Of a stretch of 64,000 nt of DNA, positions 19,362 to 28,506 are shown piece by piece. The translations under genes were made by a program, and so were the position numbers. Location of the stretch: IMG/VR virus record IMGVR_UViG_3300042377_000625, positions 28,344-92,343 of that record; one strand, 5' to 3'. The stretch is from a virus. Position 1 is the stretch's first letter, and the number at the start of each line of letters is the position of its first letter. The notes under the pieces are model-generated. The model had not been told where the DNA came from, did not search any database, and saw only the letters and a program-made list of their open reading frames with translations.

Positions 19362-19897
19362 TCTAAACTGTATAAATTATTTTCTCTATTTTTTATGACC
19401 TTAGATGGTATACCAACAACAATTTTAGACTTTTCAACATCTTTAGTCACTAATGATAACGAACCAACAGAACTATGGTCATCAATATTAACATTTGGTA
19501 ATATCACACTCCCCGCACCAACAATAACGTGTTTACCTAACCTAACATCACCTGATATAACATTAGTGTATTCTTTACTTACTGTTGGATTTGTTAAAAA
19601 ATTACCACTATAATCATCAGTTGAACTGTATATTGATACTCTTGATGATAATCCTGAAAAATCGTCAAGTGTTATTTTACCGTTCCCGATTAAACTACAA
19701 AAAACGGCAATGTGAACATAGTTACCTATTTTAATTCCACCTTCACCAGCGCTAATCACACAAAAATCATCAATTCTAACATTGTTACCTATCGATATGT
19801 TCCGTGGATTGTAAATTGAACATTTGTTTGAAATCAAAACATTTTCCCCAATTGATTTAAATCCAATTAATTTTAATTCTTCTTTAGTATAAAACAT
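19340..19897 (-). CDS. Hexapeptide-repeat (left-handed beta-helix) sugar acyltransferase
   Basis: IGENVLIS, IGNNVRIDDF, IGNYVHI, LGKHVIVGAGSVILP, VGIPSKVIK. Confidence 0.9.
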   Translation of the reverse strand: MFYTKEELKLIGFKSIGENVLISNKCSIYNPRNISIGNNVRIDDFCVISAGEGGIKIGNYVHIAVFCSLIGNGKITLDDFSGLSSRVSIYSSTDDYSGNFLTNPTVSKEYTNVISGDVRLGKHVIVGAGSVILPNVNIDDHSSVGSLSLVTKDVEKSKIVVGIPSKVIKNRENNLYSLECEFLKK

Positions 19898-19984
19898 AGT
19901 TATTTTAATTAATTTTTATAGACAGTAAAGAAAGATTATTACTCACTTTCCTTCCAAACTCACCTGTACCTATTCTCGATTTTT

Positions 19985-20602
19985 TTATTTTATTTTTTTA
20001 ATTATTTTACGGTAATTTGAATGTAATTCGGTAATATAGTCAGAAAAGGTTAACATAAAATAGTCTACAGATTCTTTCGGTCTTAAGTTTGTTGGCCGAC
20101 TCATTTCCCATAAGTAATCGTCAAAAATAATAATACCATTATCATTTAATAATTCCCATGACATAATCGCATCCATCATAACATATGGTGCGGTATGATT
20201 ACCGTCAATAAAAATTATATCGTACATTTTTCCTTCAGTAATTAAAAATGGTAAGACTTTATTTGAAAGACCTTCCCTAACGATTACCTTATTGGCGTTT
20301 GTACTTTCATTAATATTATGTAAAAACATTTCTTTAGTTTTTCTTTCACTTAATAACCATTCAGCGTTATCTTTAAAGTAAGAATTTAAACTATTATTAT
20401 CTTGACTAAAATTAGTCCATGGGTCGACACAAGTTATCGTTGATTTGTCGTTTTGTAAAATATTATCTAAAAACCAAATAGTGGATTTACCCTCAAAACA
20501 ACCTATCTCAAGGATATGAATTTCTTTTGTTGGGTCTAAATTATTTAATACGGATAACCCATCGTTGGTAAACCATTCTTCTGTAAATTTGTAATTTTTC
20601 AT
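19985..20602 (-). CDS. Class I SAM-dependent methyltransferase (Methyltransf_24-like)
   Basis: ILEIGCFEGKST, YDIIFIDGNH, GIIIFDDYLW. Confidence 0.88.
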   Translation of the reverse strand: MKNYKFTEEWFTNDGLSVLNNLDPTKEIHILEIGCFEGKSTIWFLDNILQNDKSTITCVDPWTNFSQDNNSLNSYFKDNAEWLLSERKTKEMFLHNINESTNANKVIVREGLSNKVLPFLITEGKMYDIIFIDGNHTAPYVMMDAIMSWELLNDNGIIIFDDYLWEMSRPTNLRPKESVDYFMLTFSDYITELHSNYRKIIKKIK

Positions 20603-21228
20603 TGTTGATATATTTTAAAATTTGATAAATCTGGATAAGGTAATTCTAAATCCTCATTATGTTTTGGAGTCCCATCCATATTATAGAACTGATTCATTAA
20701 TAAATAACCTCTCGCGGCTAATTCGGGCATCATATAAAAATTCCAACCTAACATATCAAAATGGTCGTCATGGTATGAACATTCTCTTCTCCCACTATAT
20801 CTTGCTCGTTTGAACCAAAGATACGCATCATAGTCGTCTGTTAAAATTGCACCACCCTTAGACAGTTTAAAGTGTTTGTATGGTCCTGTGAATGAGATAC
20901 ACATATGAGTGTTAGGTATGTACATATTACTAGTAAACCTAAGTGCCGAATCCCAAACTTTTGTTGGGGACAACTGGTACGCACCTTTTATAGTTTTACC
21001 CTCAACAGGGGTAAATTTAACCTTACCTCCCGCATGAATAATCTCACATGGTACCGATGGGTATGTTCTGGATGGAATCTCAATTTCCATACCTTTAATA
21101 TTCTCATACATTAGTGATAAGAATAATGCGTTACTTTGATTATCCACTGTTACAACGTACTTCGCACCTGTATATTCGGATAGTTTAGTTTCAAAATTTT
21201 CTGTTATTTGGTAAATTCCTTGTGCCAT
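20599..21228 (-). CDS. Short DegT/DnrJ/EryC1/StrS-family sugar aminotransferase
   Basis: FETKLSEYTGAKYVV, PSRTYPSV, WDSA, SFTGPYKHF..GGAI, GWNFYM. Confidence 0.75.
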   Translation of the reverse strand: MAQGIYQITENFETKLSEYTGAKYVVTVDNQSNALFLSLMYENIKGMEIEIPSRTYPSVPCEIIHAGGKVKFTPVEGKTIKGAYQLSPTKVWDSALRFTSNMYIPNTHMCISFTGPYKHFKLSKGGAILTDDYDAYLWFKRARYSGRRECSYHDDHFDMLGWNFYMMPELAARGYLLMNQFYNMDGTPKHNEDLELPYPDLSNFKIYQQ

Positions 21229-22727
21229 TAGTTTAATTTAAATATAAAAGGTTTAATATTGTTTTCGTTTTTAATCATAAAAGGATAAAAAGTGTTAATG
21301 TAATCTTGACGGTAATTATCATCATTATCTCCTCTGGTTTGACTCTCATAGTGATAAGCAACTAAATTACCGTCATAATAATTATTTAGACCTAATGAAA
21401 GACATTTGATGTTTAATTCCGCATCCTCTAAACAAGTTTGATAATTTTCGTTAAAATAACCACACTTTTCAAATATGGTTTTATTAATCATTAATAGAGC
21501 TGCAGTAGACCCCAATACTTTTTTTATTGATGGTGTATAAGTATAATATCCTTTTAATCCCGAATGTGTTAATTGTATTATATTGTTATGAATATAAATT
21601 ACCATACCATCATGTTGTACGGTATTATCTAAATAATGTAGACGACAACCGACAGTACCAACTTTTGGAGTTGTTTTGAATATTTTTAACATACCATAAA
21701 TAACGTTGTTTAATAATTTAATATCATTATTACAAAATAACAAATATTCGTGAGTGTTATTTAGATGGTTTTTAACCACATCATTATTAATTTTTGCAAA
21801 ATTATAATAATCATATTCAATTAATTTAATATTATTATAATCAGAAATAAATGATTTAAGTTTTTCTTTATTTTCATCAGTTGACCCAGTGTCGGCGATA
21901 AAAATGTCAAATAAATTAGGGTTACAATGTTCGTAAAAAGATAGAATACATTCACTTATTAATTCGAACTTATCTTTTGTTGGTATAATTACCGAAACTT
22001 TACCAATATTTTTAGTTGGTTTTTCGTTTATTTTAGGAACGTAAATACTGTTTGGTTTTAAGTCTAATGGCAATTTAGACGAGAACTTCTCTAAAAATTT
22101 AGTTTTACTTTCAAAAAATTCCTCATTTGGTCGTCCAACTGATTGGTGGGTAATATCAAAAGAAAATGTAACCCCAATTTTTACCCCGTCTAAATAATTA
22201 CTTAAACAGAATGGGTGGTCATAAAAATGAAACTTACCAATAGTCTCATTAAAATTATGTTTTATTTTTGTTTTATCGAATGAAATGAATAAACCATCAA
22301 TAGTCACTACTGGTGTTAATTCATCTAATTTTGCGGAATACTTATTAACCCATTTTTTACGACCCTCAGGTTGGTGATATACATGACCAACCATTGTTTG
22401 AGCCATTCGTTCCCAATAGACTCCTGATTCAGGAAAATATGTTGACCCTGCCTTCCCAATGATTCCGTAATCAGGGTTATTTTCGAAATCTTTAAATAAT
22501 TTCTTACCCCAATTATTTTCTAATTTGATGTCGTTATGACAACAAACCACAATATCATAAATTGATTGTGATATACCTTTGTTATATACCTCAGCCAAAC
22601 TGTATTGATTATTGTTCTGAAACTCTAAAATCTGAACATGTTTTAATCCAACAGTTTGTAACAAATGTTGTTTAAATTTGTTATTATAAGTTTCGTCTTT
22701 ATGGGTTGAATAAATTATTGTTATCAT
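21228..22727 (-). CDS. Tandem two-domain GT2 glycosyltransferase
   Basis: N-domain CCHNDI...FHFYD; C-domain VSVIIPTKD...LLFCNNDI...EDAELN...HYESQTRG. Confidence 0.85.
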   Translation of the reverse strand: MITIIYSTHKDETYNNKFKQHLLQTVGLKHVQILEFQNNNQYSLAEVYNKGISQSIYDIVVCCHNDIKLENNWGKKLFKDFENNPDYGIIGKAGSTYFPESGVYWERMAQTMVGHVYHQPEGRKKWVNKYSAKLDELTPVVTIDGLFISFDKTKIKHNFNETIGKFHFYDHPFCLSNYLDGVKIGVTFSFDITHQSVGRPNEEFFESKTKFLEKFSSKLPLDLKPNSIYVPKINEKPTKNIGKVSVIIPTKDKFELISECILSFYEHCNPNLFDIFIADTGSTDENKEKLKSFISDYNNIKLIEYDYYNFAKINNDVVKNHLNNTHEYLLFCNNDIKLLNNVIYGMLKIFKTTPKVGTVGCRLHYLDNTVQHDGMVIYIHNNIIQLTHSGLKGYYTYTPSIKKVLGSTAALLMINKTIFEKCGYFNENYQTCLEDAELNIKCLSLGLNNYYDGNLVAYHYESQTRGDNDDNYRQDYINTFYPFMIKNENNIKPFIFKLN

Positions 22728-22728
22728 A

Positions 22729-23331
22729 TTAAATTCCTGTTGAACCGAATCCGTTACTATTACGGTCTTTTTTTGTTACTTCATTTCTCTCATCCAAATA
22801 AACCCAACCACCATTAACTACGGGACATAAAACTGCTTGAGCAACTTTCATACCTTTAGTAATTGTAAAAGGTTCTTTATTTGTATTAAATATAATTACT
22901 TTTACTTCACCTGTATATCCATTATCTACCGTTCCTGGAGAGTTTAAACACATTAAACCTTGATTAATGGCTAACCCACTTTTAGACCTAACTTGAATTT
23001 CATATCCATCTTTAATGTCAAATGATAATCCTGTCGGAACTAAACCTCTACCAAGTCCCTCAATTGTAATATCTTCAACTGAGTATAAATCAAATCCAGA
23101 ATCACTTGGGTAGTTATAACTTGGGGTTACGGCATCAAGATGTAGTTTATTAAAACCTAATTCTAACTGAGCTTTATAGTTTTTCATATCAACTTCTAAT
23201 TGTTTAACATCAACACCAAACTCCTCAAGGATTTGATTATAATCAATATCATTGTTTTCTGACATTGATAGTATTGATTTTAGCTCTTCGGCTTTTTTCT
23301 TTAAAAAATCTAAATCTATTTCTTCTGACAT
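22729..23331 (-). CDS. dut: dUTPase (trimeric)
   Basis: SGFDL, RSKSGLA, GTVDNGYTGE, VAQAV, RNSNGFGSTG. Confidence 0.95.
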   Translation of the reverse strand: MSEEIDLDFLKKKAEELKSILSMSENNDIDYNQILEEFGVDVKQLEVDMKNYKAQLELGFNKLHLDAVTPSYNYPSDSGFDLYSVEDITIEGLGRGLVPTGLSFDIKDGYEIQVRSKSGLAINQGLMCLNSPGTVDNGYTGEVKVIIFNTNKEPFTITKGMKVAQAVLCPVVNGGWVYLDERNEVTKKDRNSNGFGSTGI

Positions 23332-24050
23332 TATTTAAGTTCTTTTAATTTTTTTATCACCTCAATTAATACGTTAACGTCTCGTTCACAGTATTCTGAG
23401 ATTTCTTTTAATTTACCATGGTTCCAATATGAATTATGTACTTTATCTCCTGTGATTTCACCTTCTTTTGGTGATGGAATCTCCATTGAGGTACACATTA
23501 AATCTAATGAACCAATCGCCGTATAAGCACCATATTGCCAAATTTCTTTAGTGTCGATGGCTTTAATTTCCCATGGTTTTGTATCGTATGACGGTAAAAT
23601 TGATGGTGGAAGTAATCCATTAATAATCATTCTTTTAGCCATCATTGGAATATCAAAATTCTTTAGATTATGCCCACACAGAAAGAAATCCAATCTTCCA
23701 CAACGGTCCAATAATTTCTGACAATCACGTAATAATTGTTCCTCATCATCACCAGAAAACGTTTGTTTTTTAACTTCACCATTATCCATAACAAAGGCAA
23801 CACTAACACATACAATCTTTGCAAATTCGGGTACCAGCGCGGTTCTTGTTGAGAATATAATATTTTTTCTTTCATCTTCGTTTTCCCCTTTAATTGCGTC
23901 TTCAGGGAATCGTTTTAAAAACCAATCGAAATACTTATCGAATTGATGTGCAATTTCAGGACGTTTTTCAACACAAGTATCGAAGTCTTTTTCAATCCCA
24001 ACTGTTTCTATATCAAGAAACAAAATTTTAGTAATAGGTATTTTAATCAT
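23331..24050 (-). CDS. DEDD 3'-5' exonuclease (PolB-exonuclease-like)
   Basis: FLDIETV, GHNLKNFDIP, YCERDV. Confidence 0.88.
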   Translation of the reverse strand: MIKIPITKILFLDIETVGIEKDFDTCVEKRPEIAHQFDKYFDWFLKRFPEDAIKGENEDERKNIIFSTRTALVPEFAKIVCVSVAFVMDNGEVKKQTFSGDDEEQLLRDCQKLLDRCGRLDFFLCGHNLKNFDIPMMAKRMIINGLLPPSILPSYDTKPWEIKAIDTKEIWQYGAYTAIGSLDLMCTSMEIPSPKEGEITGDKVHNSYWNHGKLKEISEYCERDVNVLIEVIKKLKELK

Positions 24051-24501
24051 TTGTCTCTAAATTTTTTAAAATTTCAGGGTTTTGTTTCAATGTTTGTATT
24101 GTGATTAAATCTTTGATTTTAGTTGTTGACCAATTGTGAGACCTTGTGGTGTAAACTACCTCAATTGGTAGATGGTCTCCAGTAAACCTCTTACCAATAT
24201 AATCGTCACCTAAAATTCTAACATCAGGTTTATAAAACTCAATAAGTTTTATTAAATCCTCTTCAGTTTGATATGTCACAACTTCATCAACATACTTTAT
24301 TGACATTAAAGTTTTATATCTTTCATATAATGGAACGACTGGTTTATACTTTGTAAATCTTGTCTCAGACGGGTCTCTTTGTAAAAAGACCATAAAGTAA
24401 TCACACTTTTCTTTTGCCGCTTCAAAAGTGTAAATATAACCTGGGTGTAATAAATCAAAATTACCTGCGGTGAACCCAACTTTACCTTTTTTATTATACA
24501 T
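24043..24501 (-). CDS. Cytidylyl/adenylyltransferase (TagD or RfaE domain II-like)
   Basis: GFTAGNFDLLHPGY (HxGH variant), ER...KYVDEV, GDDY, STTKIK. Confidence 0.85.
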   Translation of the reverse strand: MYNKKGKVGFTAGNFDLLHPGYIYTFEAAKEKCDYFMVFLQRDPSETRFTKYKPVVPLYERYKTLMSIKYVDEVVTYQTEEDLIKLIEFYKPDVRILGDDYIGKRFTGDHLPIEVVYTTRSHNWSTTKIKDLITIQTLKQNPEILKNLETND

Positions 24502-24502
24502 A

Positions 24503-25723
24503 TTATTTAATTAATGATTTATAAAATTCTGCTCTATTTTTTGTTACGGTATTTAAATCGTATTTGTCTTTAACCGTTTCATATAATCTTTCTCCCATAT
24601 CTGTAATCAAATTAGGGTTTTGAACTAACTTTTTGATGTGTTTCGACCAATCACTATGATTTCTTTGCTCACCGACTAATAAAGCATTACCATCAACAAA
24701 GTTACCATTCTTCATACAATGTTTCAAGTCGATTGTATATGGACCTATTTCAGACGCGATTAACGCTTTCTTATAAAATCCTGCTTCAATAACTTTTAAC
24801 TGAGATTTCATTCTATTAAAGACGTGATTTTTGATTGGAGCTAATGAAATATCAAATTTAGAATAATTCATTGCATATGTGGTAACAGGTTTTGTCCAAA
24901 CTCTAAGATAAGGTAATTCTTTATTTGAAACATAATCTTGTTCTTTATATTCCATTAAGAATTTTTTATAATCCTCATCAACTAAATTATAATTGTTTGT
25001 AAAAATCTCTTCATATTTTGCCCACACAGTTTCGTGAGGTAAAATGTCTCTACGTTTTTGTTCCCCCGTTTGTGGATTAATCTCAGTAACAGTACCACGA
25101 GTATCAAACCCACAAATAACATATTGAATTTTGTCATTAATGTCCTTACCATTTCTTTGAGTGAACCCTTGTAGTAACATTAAATCATGTAAGTGAGATG
25201 AGCCACCTAACCACCCAACTCTAATTCTATCTGATTCAACGGTTGGTTGATTGAATTGAGGTTCTTTTGGGTTAATTGCATTGGGGAATACAACAACATT
25301 TTTATTAAACCTTCTAATTTCATTTGCAAAAATATCTGTTGTTGTTGTAACATAATCAGCTTCTTTTAAGTTTGCAACAATTTTTTCGTTAATTTTTTGT
25401 TGAACAATTATTTGATGAATAGGATGTTCTTTTGTTGGTAACCAATAATCATCAATGTCAACAATAACGATAATTCCTAGTGATTTTAACTTTCTAATGA
25501 TTAGTGGAGTATTGTCGTAATTACTACCAATATTTCTATGTACGTGAACGATTTGATATTTTTTCCAATAATTTGGGTCATTGATTTTTGGTTCGTAGTC
25601 AATGTCTAAATGGAAGTCGTCAGGATATAAATTTTGTAAATGTACGTGAGGGTCGATAGAACGAAATTTCCCAACACCACTTTTATCACTTGGTAGTACT
25701 AAAACATTAATTTTTTCTTTCAT
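24503..25723 (-). CDS. Glycosyltransferase, GT-B/GT4-like
   Basis: DIDDYW, GWLGGSSHLHDL, DISLAPI...FNRMKSQLKVIEAG. Confidence 0.8.
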   Translation of the reverse strand: MKEKINVLVLPSDKSGVGKFRSIDPHVHLQNLYPDDFHLDIDYEPKINDPNYWKKYQIVHVHRNIGSNYDNTPLIIRKLKSLGIIVIVDIDDYWLPTKEHPIHQIIVQQKINEKIVANLKEADYVTTTTDIFANEIRRFNKNVVVFPNAINPKEPQFNQPTVESDRIRVGWLGGSSHLHDLMLLQGFTQRNGKDINDKIQYVICGFDTRGTVTEINPQTGEQKRRDILPHETVWAKYEEIFTNNYNLVDEDYKKFLMEYKEQDYVSNKELPYLRVWTKPVTTYAMNYSKFDISLAPIKNHVFNRMKSQLKVIEAGFYKKALIASEIGPYTIDLKHCMKNGNFVDGNALLVGEQRNHSDWSKHIKKLVQNPNLITDMGERLYETVKDKYDLNTVTKNRAEFYKSLIK

Positions 25724-25783
25724 AATATAAAATTGTCTTAGAAAATATAATAAGAAAATAATAGAATATCAACCTTATAAAAT

Positions 25784-25816
25784 AAAAAACCCCCACATAG
25801 TTATGAGGGGGGTTTT
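25784..25816 (-). terminator. Intrinsic terminator
   Basis: AAAAAACCCCC...GGGGGGTTTT inverted repeat downstream of the 25836 gene. Confidence 0.7.
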
Positions 25817-25835
25817 CTTTAGAGTAAACTTGTTT

Positions 25836-26420
25836 TTAAGATATTTTTTTTATCTTAGTAACCTTACCTTCAAATATATGCTTACCTACCTTAAAAGAAA
25901 ATACTTCATTTGATTTTTGGGTTGATTCGGCGATTAATCCATTTTCTAATAAAACCTCTTCAACAACTTCTCTTAACAATTCTTTTAAACTTGACAAATC
26001 TTGAGTCGGTATTGATTGTTCGGTAACTCTTTTTGGTTGAGGTCCTCTTGGAGTTCCTTTAGCGTCAACATTCATCAATCTTGCGGCTTTATCAATCAAA
26101 TCATTAGATAATGAAGGTCCTGCCATTGAGTTTGGTTGATTGATTGGATGTTCTATCATTAACCTTTTAATCTCATCAGGTAATTTAGATGACATAACCC
26201 TATCTTTGGTTATTGGTTGTTGTGTTGAAGGAACTGATTGAGTTACAGATTCCTGCATAAATTCTTGTGGTAAGTTATACTTGGCTTGTGGGGCTTCGTA
26301 ATCCTGAACCATTGGACTTGTCATATTTAAATTATTACCCGCTCTTGGGGTATTATTATGTTTATCCATAATAGCCTTAGATACCATTAATTTTTGTATT
26401 AAGTCGTTTTCGTTTGTCAT
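25836..26420 (-). CDS. Hypothetical protein, possibly virion
   Basis: LKELLREVVEEVLLE motif; last gene of a late-type operon. Confidence 0.6.
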   Translation of the reverse strand: MTNENDLIQKLMVSKAIMDKHNNTPRAGNNLNMTSPMVQDYEAPQAKYNLPQEFMQESVTQSVPSTQQPITKDRVMSSKLPDEIKRLMIEHPINQPNSMAGPSLSNDLIDKAARLMNVDAKGTPRGPQPKRVTEQSIPTQDLSSLKELLREVVEEVLLENGLIAESTQKSNEVFSFKVGKHIFEGKVTKIKKIS

Positions 26421-26427
26421 ATCTTAA

Positions 26428-26862
26428 TTATTGTATTGGTTCCGTTGGTTCCGTTGGTTCCGTTGGTTCCGTTGGTTGTTGATTAAACACTGCGTTAATA
26501 ATAACTCTATTCATACTTTTGTCCCCTGATGGATTATATCCTGGTTTAGATGAATCAAAATTTTCTCCCGTTGGTTTAAATGATAATATTTTATCAACTC
26601 TGAATAATCTCCACCCAGGTAAAGGTTGTTCGCCTTTATACGCGGTATGAGAAGACCCTTCATTATCCCAAGCTCTTAAAACAGGATTATCTGACTTACT
26701 ATACCCAAGACAAACAGGTTCGATTTCTCTTAACCCTCTACCACCTGGCTCATCACCATCATAGTAAATTACTATCTTATTTCTTTTTTTTATAGCATCA
26801 ACGATTGAGTCAATCGACGCTACTTCTAAAATAAGAGATTTAACTGTGTTGTAAAGTTTCAT
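26428..26862 (-). CDS. Stand-alone WYL-domain protein
   Basis: IVIYY...REIEPVCLG...LRAWD...WRLFRVDKI. Confidence 0.8.
   Translation of the reverse strand: MKLYNTVKSLILEVASIDSIVDAIKKRNKIVIYYDGDEPGGRGLREIEPVCLGYSKSDNPVLRAWDNEGSSHTAYKGEQPLPGWRLFRVDKILSFKPTGENFDSSKPGYNPSGDKSMNRVIINAVFNQQPTEPTEPTEPTEPIQ
26436..26477 (-). repeat. 9-bp tandem repeat, about 4.6 copies, encoding (PTE)n
   Basis: TTGGTTCCG units on the + strand. Confidence 0.9.
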
Positions 26863-27155
26863 TATGCACTTGGTGTAGTATACGGTGAGTTGGGTTTAAA
26901 TTCATTAATAACTACCTCGGCCTTTCTCTCTAAAATGTCTTGGATTGCTCCCGCACCTTGATTATAAACATCTAAAAATCCTCCAGTACCTTTACCTTGA
27001 GCATCTCCATCGGCAATAGCGTCAGGATTAACCGCAGAATATTGGTTTGTTGGTTTATAATCATTCTTTGGGAATAATTTTGCTCTCTCCATCTCAGCAA
27101 TTGATGATAAATCATTTTTAGGTTGCTCGAAACTAATTGGTTCTGTTGTTGGCAT
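26862..27155 (-). CDS. Hypothetical protein
   Basis: 97-aa coupled ORF. Confidence 0.65.
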   Translation of the reverse strand: MPTTEPISFEQPKNDLSSIAEMERAKLFPKNDYKPTNQYSAVNPDAIADGDAQGKGTGGFLDVYNQGAGAIQDILERKAEVVINEFKPNSPYTTPSA

Positions 27156-27156
27156 A

Positions 27157-27627
27157 TTATATTATTTTTTTAATTAAATCGTTTATTCTAGTTAAATTTT
27201 CCATGATAGCAGTGTCATATTTATCAACGGTTGATTTGTGACTTTTACTAGGTCTATTAATCGTTGTCATGTCATTCTTCTCATGTGGCTGAATAAATTG
27301 ATTAGGTAAAACCTCAGATTTATTCTTTTTAGTATTGTGTACATTATCTCTCATTGAAGTTAAGGTGTTGTGAACCCAATTTTTAACATAATGACCCCCA
27401 TTTAAAATATAAGATAAATCATTTTCGTCACCCTCAAACTTATCAAACCAATTTTTCATTCGTTTTAATTGTTGATATGTAACTTCACGACTATCTCTTA
27501 GTTCTTTGTTTCTCTTATAACCCTCAACACTTTCGTCAGCACCTCCCGCGGCATCATGACACTGTTGTAAATAACTTACAACCTCCTCAGGTAGAGAAAA
27601 TTTATTTCCATATAAATCTTTATTCAT
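27157..27627 (-). CDS. Hypothetical protein
   Basis: 156-aa ORF in the operon. Confidence 0.65.
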   Translation of the reverse strand: MNKDLYGNKFSLPEEVVSYLQQCHDAAGGADESVEGYKRNKELRDSREVTYQQLKRMKNWFDKFEGDENDLSYILNGGHYVKNWVHNTLTSMRDNVHNTKKNKSEVLPNQFIQPHEKNDMTTINRPSKSHKSTVDKYDTAIMENLTRINDLIKKII

Positions 27628-28456
27628 TTGATTTTAATATGTTAATTAATTTAGAAATACTGATACCTTCTTTATCTGCTAATTTTTTAATTGATTGTAA
27701 ATTTTTAACTAATATCTTACTAACGCTTTCATCACGTTTTACAACGTCTGAACTATCTTTAGATTTCTTAGTTAAGATGTCCTCAACCATTTTAATCATT
27801 TTTTCTTTTTGTTGTTCTTCAATACTATCTTTTTCAGAAAGTCTTTGTTTTAATTTACCACCAACTTTCTTAGCTTTGGGTAATTTACCAAATTCTTTTG
27901 CTCTTTGTACGGGATTCTCAACACCCATCTTTTTTAATATATTTATAGTTTCTTTAAAATCTTTTCCTTCAGTCTCAACATATCCAAAGGCTTCTGAATA
28001 GTCAACTTCTGACACAATATTTTCTTTTTCTTCTTCACTCTCACCATAATAAACACGGTAACCTCTTGTTACAGGGTCATTTGTTGTTCTAGCCATAACA
28101 ACAGTTTGGTCCATTGTTTTTCTTGGGGAAAGGGTTAAATTTATCAAAGGAATTCTTGAACTTAACATAGTTCCGTCAGAATCAACTAACTCACCAATCT
28201 CACCCGAAGATTTTTTTACACCTTTTAATTTATCCTCAATATCAATTGTTGTTTGTTTTTCTTTTGATTTTAAAATATTATTTACAACATCTTTAACTTT
28301 TTTCGAATCTTTTTTATCGAAGTCCATTTTTTTGTCTTTTTTTCTAGATTCGGTTAAAGTGTCAGCAATAGAATAGTATAAGGAGATTTGGTCTCCTCTA
28401 TCTTTTAAAAAGAAGTAATAATTATTACTGTAGTATTCTTTGTTAAAATTTATCAT
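27620..28456 (-). CDS. Hypothetical Lys/Glu-rich protein
   Basis: 278-aa ORF with the late motif upstream (28469-28476). Confidence 0.65.
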   Translation of the reverse strand: MINFNKEYYSNNYYFFLKDRGDQISLYYSIADTLTESRKKDKKMDFDKKDSKKVKDVVNNILKSKEKQTTIDIEDKLKGVKKSSGEIGELVDSDGTMLSSRIPLINLTLSPRKTMDQTVVMARTTNDPVTRGYRVYYGESEEEKENIVSEVDYSEAFGYVETEGKDFKETINILKKMGVENPVQRAKEFGKLPKAKKVGGKLKQRLSEKDSIEEQQKEKMIKMVEDILTKKSKDSSDVVKRDESVSKILVKNLQSIKKLADKEGISISKLINILKSNE

Positions 28457-28468
28457 AACACATTTTCC

Positions 28469-28497
28469 AATAAATACTTCGATTTAGAGTATTTATC
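28469..28497. promoter_or_regulatory. Back-to-back divergent late promoters (TATTTATT on minus, TATTTATC on plus)
   Basis: AATAAATA at 28469-28476 and TATTTATC at 28490-28497 in a 50-bp divergent gap. Confidence 0.6.
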
Positions 28498-28506
28498 ATA
28501 AAAAAG

